A stretch of 64,000 nt of DNA from Thermodesulfobacteriota bacterium (GTDB lineage: Bacteria; Desulfobacterota_D; UBA1144; Nemesobacterales; Mycalebacteriaceae), in assembly GCA_965205855.1 (NCBI GenBank), contig OZ242184.1, positions 448,001-512,000 of the forward strand, read 5' to 3'. Shown here one piece after another: positions 35,801 to 38,800 of this stretch. The notes under the pieces were generated by a model. It did not search any database. It worked only from the letters and a program-made list of their open reading frames with translations, and was not told the origin of the DNA. The translations under genes were made by a program, and so were the position numbers. Every line of letters starts with the position of its first letter. Position 1 is the first letter of the stretch.

Positions 35801-38800
35801 TAGCTTCACGCCAACCGCTGAAGATGCGGATGGCGACAGGCTGACCTGGGCGATCACAAACATGCCTTTATGGGCCAGTTTCGACACCACAACCGGGGCC
35901 TTGACCGGCACGCCCGTCAACGCCGATGTCGGCGACTACGAGGACATCGTGATCAGTGTCACCGATGGCATCATCGCCACGCCGGTCGCCCTCGCAGCCT
36001 TCGACATCGCCGTCACCAACACCAATGACCCGCCCACCCTCAGCGGCACGCCTGCCACCAGCGTGGCCGAAGACAGCGCCTACAGCTTCACGCCAACCGG
36101 CGAAGACGATGATGGCGACACGCTGGTATATGCCATCACAAACATGCCTTTATGGGCCAGTTTCGACACCACAACCGGGGCCTTGACCGGCACCCCCGCC
36201 AACGAGCATGTCGGCAACCACGAGAACATCGTGATCAGCGTCACCGATGGCATCATCGCCACACCAGTAGCGCTGCCGGCCTTTGCTATCGCCGTCACCA
36301 ACACCAATGACGCGCCGACTTCGAGCGGGCTGACGGTCTCGACCCAAGAGGATACCGCCCACAGCTTTAGGTTGGGCGAGTTCACCTTTGCCGATGCCGA
36401 CGGCGATGACCTGGACAGCCTGCGCATCGACACGCTGCCCGCAACCGGCAGCCTGACCCTCAACGGCACTGCGGTGACCGCCGGGCAGCTCATCCCCGCC
36501 GCCGGTATCTCGAACCTTGTCTATACCCCGGCCGCCGATGCCACCGGTGATGTCACCTTCACCTTCAGCCTCTCCGACGGCACCGCCTTCAGCGCAACCG
36601 CCACGGCAACCGTCACTATCGGCGCCGTCAATGACGCGCCGACTTCGAGCGGGCTGGCGGTCTCGACCCAAGAGGATACCGCCCACAGCTTTGCGGCAGG
36701 CGAGTTCAACTTTGCCGATGTGGACGGCGATGACCTTGACAGCCTGCGCATCGACACGCTGCCCGGTAGCGGCAACCTGACCCTCGACGGTAATGTCGTG
36801 ACCGCAGGGGATGTGATCCCCGCCGCCGGGATCGGGACCCTCGTCTATACCCCGCCCGCCGATACCACCGGCGAGGTCAGTTTCACCTTCAGCCTCTCCG
36901 ACGGCACCGCCTTCAGTGAACCCCCAGCCACGGCAACCGTCACCATCACCAGCAGGGCGACCGCTGGTGACAACAATGCACCTATCGCAATAGCGATTGC
37001 GATACCCAATCCAGCTTCTGAGGGCGCCACCGTCACCCTGGACGGCAGCGGTAGCAGCGATCCCGAGGGCGATGATCTGACCTATATCTGGCGCCAGATC
37101 GACGGGCAGACTGTCGACCTGGACGACGATACTGCCGCCATAACCACCTTCATCGCTCCCAGCGAACTGGTGGAAAATGCCGAGCTGAAGTTTGATTTCA
37201 AGGTCAACGATGGTGTGAGCGACTCGGCAGGCAATGCCTTGGTCGTCACGGTAATCGCTGGTGACAATGACCCGCCGACCGCCGATGCCGGTGATGATCA
37301 GATTGTGGAAAAAGGAGCAACCGTCACCCTTGACGGCAGTGGCAGTAGCGATCCCGAGGGCGCGACCCTGAGCTACGTCTGGTCCCAGACCCAGGGCGCG
37401 GATGTCACCCTGAATGATGCCAGCGCACAAAGCCCGACCTTCACCGTTCCAGACACAATAGCAACGGGTGACGGCATACTTGTGTTCAGCCTGACCGTCA
37501 CCGAAGCCGGCGCGGGCGGGCTCTCCTCTACAGCCGACAGCGTCGAAATACACATTCGACCGCTATTCCGAGACACAGTGAGCAACCAGACCTATATCCG
37601 GGGTGTGGCCATAGCCGCTCTGGAATTGCCTACTGCTCTGGGCCGGAATAAAACCTACGCCCTGGTCAGGACGGGGTCGGTTCCAGCCCTGCCGACCGGG
37701 CTGACATTTGATGCGGGGACACGCACACTGTCCGGCACCCCGACAATATCCGGCACCTTTGACCTGATCTACACTGTAACGGATGGGGAGGGTAGAACGG
37801 ATACACTGGAATTCGCCATCAGCATCGCTATCCCGGCGACGGTGTCGATCTCGGGGCCAGGCAGCAATGTAGCCGAAGGCGCGGATGCCACCTTCACCGT
37901 CACCCTGTCGGCTTCTCCCGGAGATGCTGTGGTGGTGGACTACGCCACCGTGGCGGGCACGGCAACAGCGAATGATGATTTCGAGGAGACGAGTGGCACG
38001 CTAACCTTCGCGGCAAACACAACCACCCTGACCCAGTCCTTCAACGTGAAGGTGCTCCCTGATGCTCAGGTGGAAGGCGACGAGAGTTTCACCGCAACCC
38101 TGAGCGCGAACACCAGCAGTCCGCTACCGGCAGGGTTCACCCTGGGCACGGCAACAGCAACGGCGACGATTGAGGCGGCGGGTTCGGCAACAGTGTCGAT
38201 CTCTGGCGGCGGCAATGTGGCCGAAGACGATGATGCCACCTTCACCGTCACCCTGTCAGCCTCACCCGGCGCGGAAGTGGTCGTGGACTACGCCACCGCA
38301 GCAGGCACGGCGACAGCGGATGATTTCACCGCGGCCAGCGGCACGCTGACCTTCGCCGCGGGCGCCACTGGCGATGACTTGACCCAGACCTTTGACGTGA
38401 AGGTGCTCCCCGATGAACAGGTGGAAGGCGACGAGAGTTTCACCGCGACTCTGAACACGAACACTCTACCGACCGGGTTCAGCCTGGGCACGCAAACGGC
38501 AACGGCGACGATTGCAGGAGCGGGTTCGGGAACGGTGTCTATCTCTGGCGGCGGCAATGTGTCCGAAGACGATAACGCCACTTTCACCGTGACCCTGTCG
38601 GCTTCTCCCGGAGGTGCTGTGGTGGTGGACTACGCCACCGTGGCGGGCACGGCAACAGCGAATGATGATTTCACCGCGGCCAACGGCACGTTGACCTTCG
38701 CCGCGGGCGCCACTGGCGATGACTTGACCCAGTCCTTCGACGTGAAGGTGCTCCCCGATGGTCTGGTGGAAGGCGACGAGTCCTTCACCGTAAGATTGAG

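Noticed and set aside
14570-36305. Repeat variation as diversity-generating retroelement output or a CRISPR-like array
   Set aside because: Changes are not adenine-specific, no reverse transcriptase or template repeat is in the window, and the units are in-frame protein domains without unique spacers.
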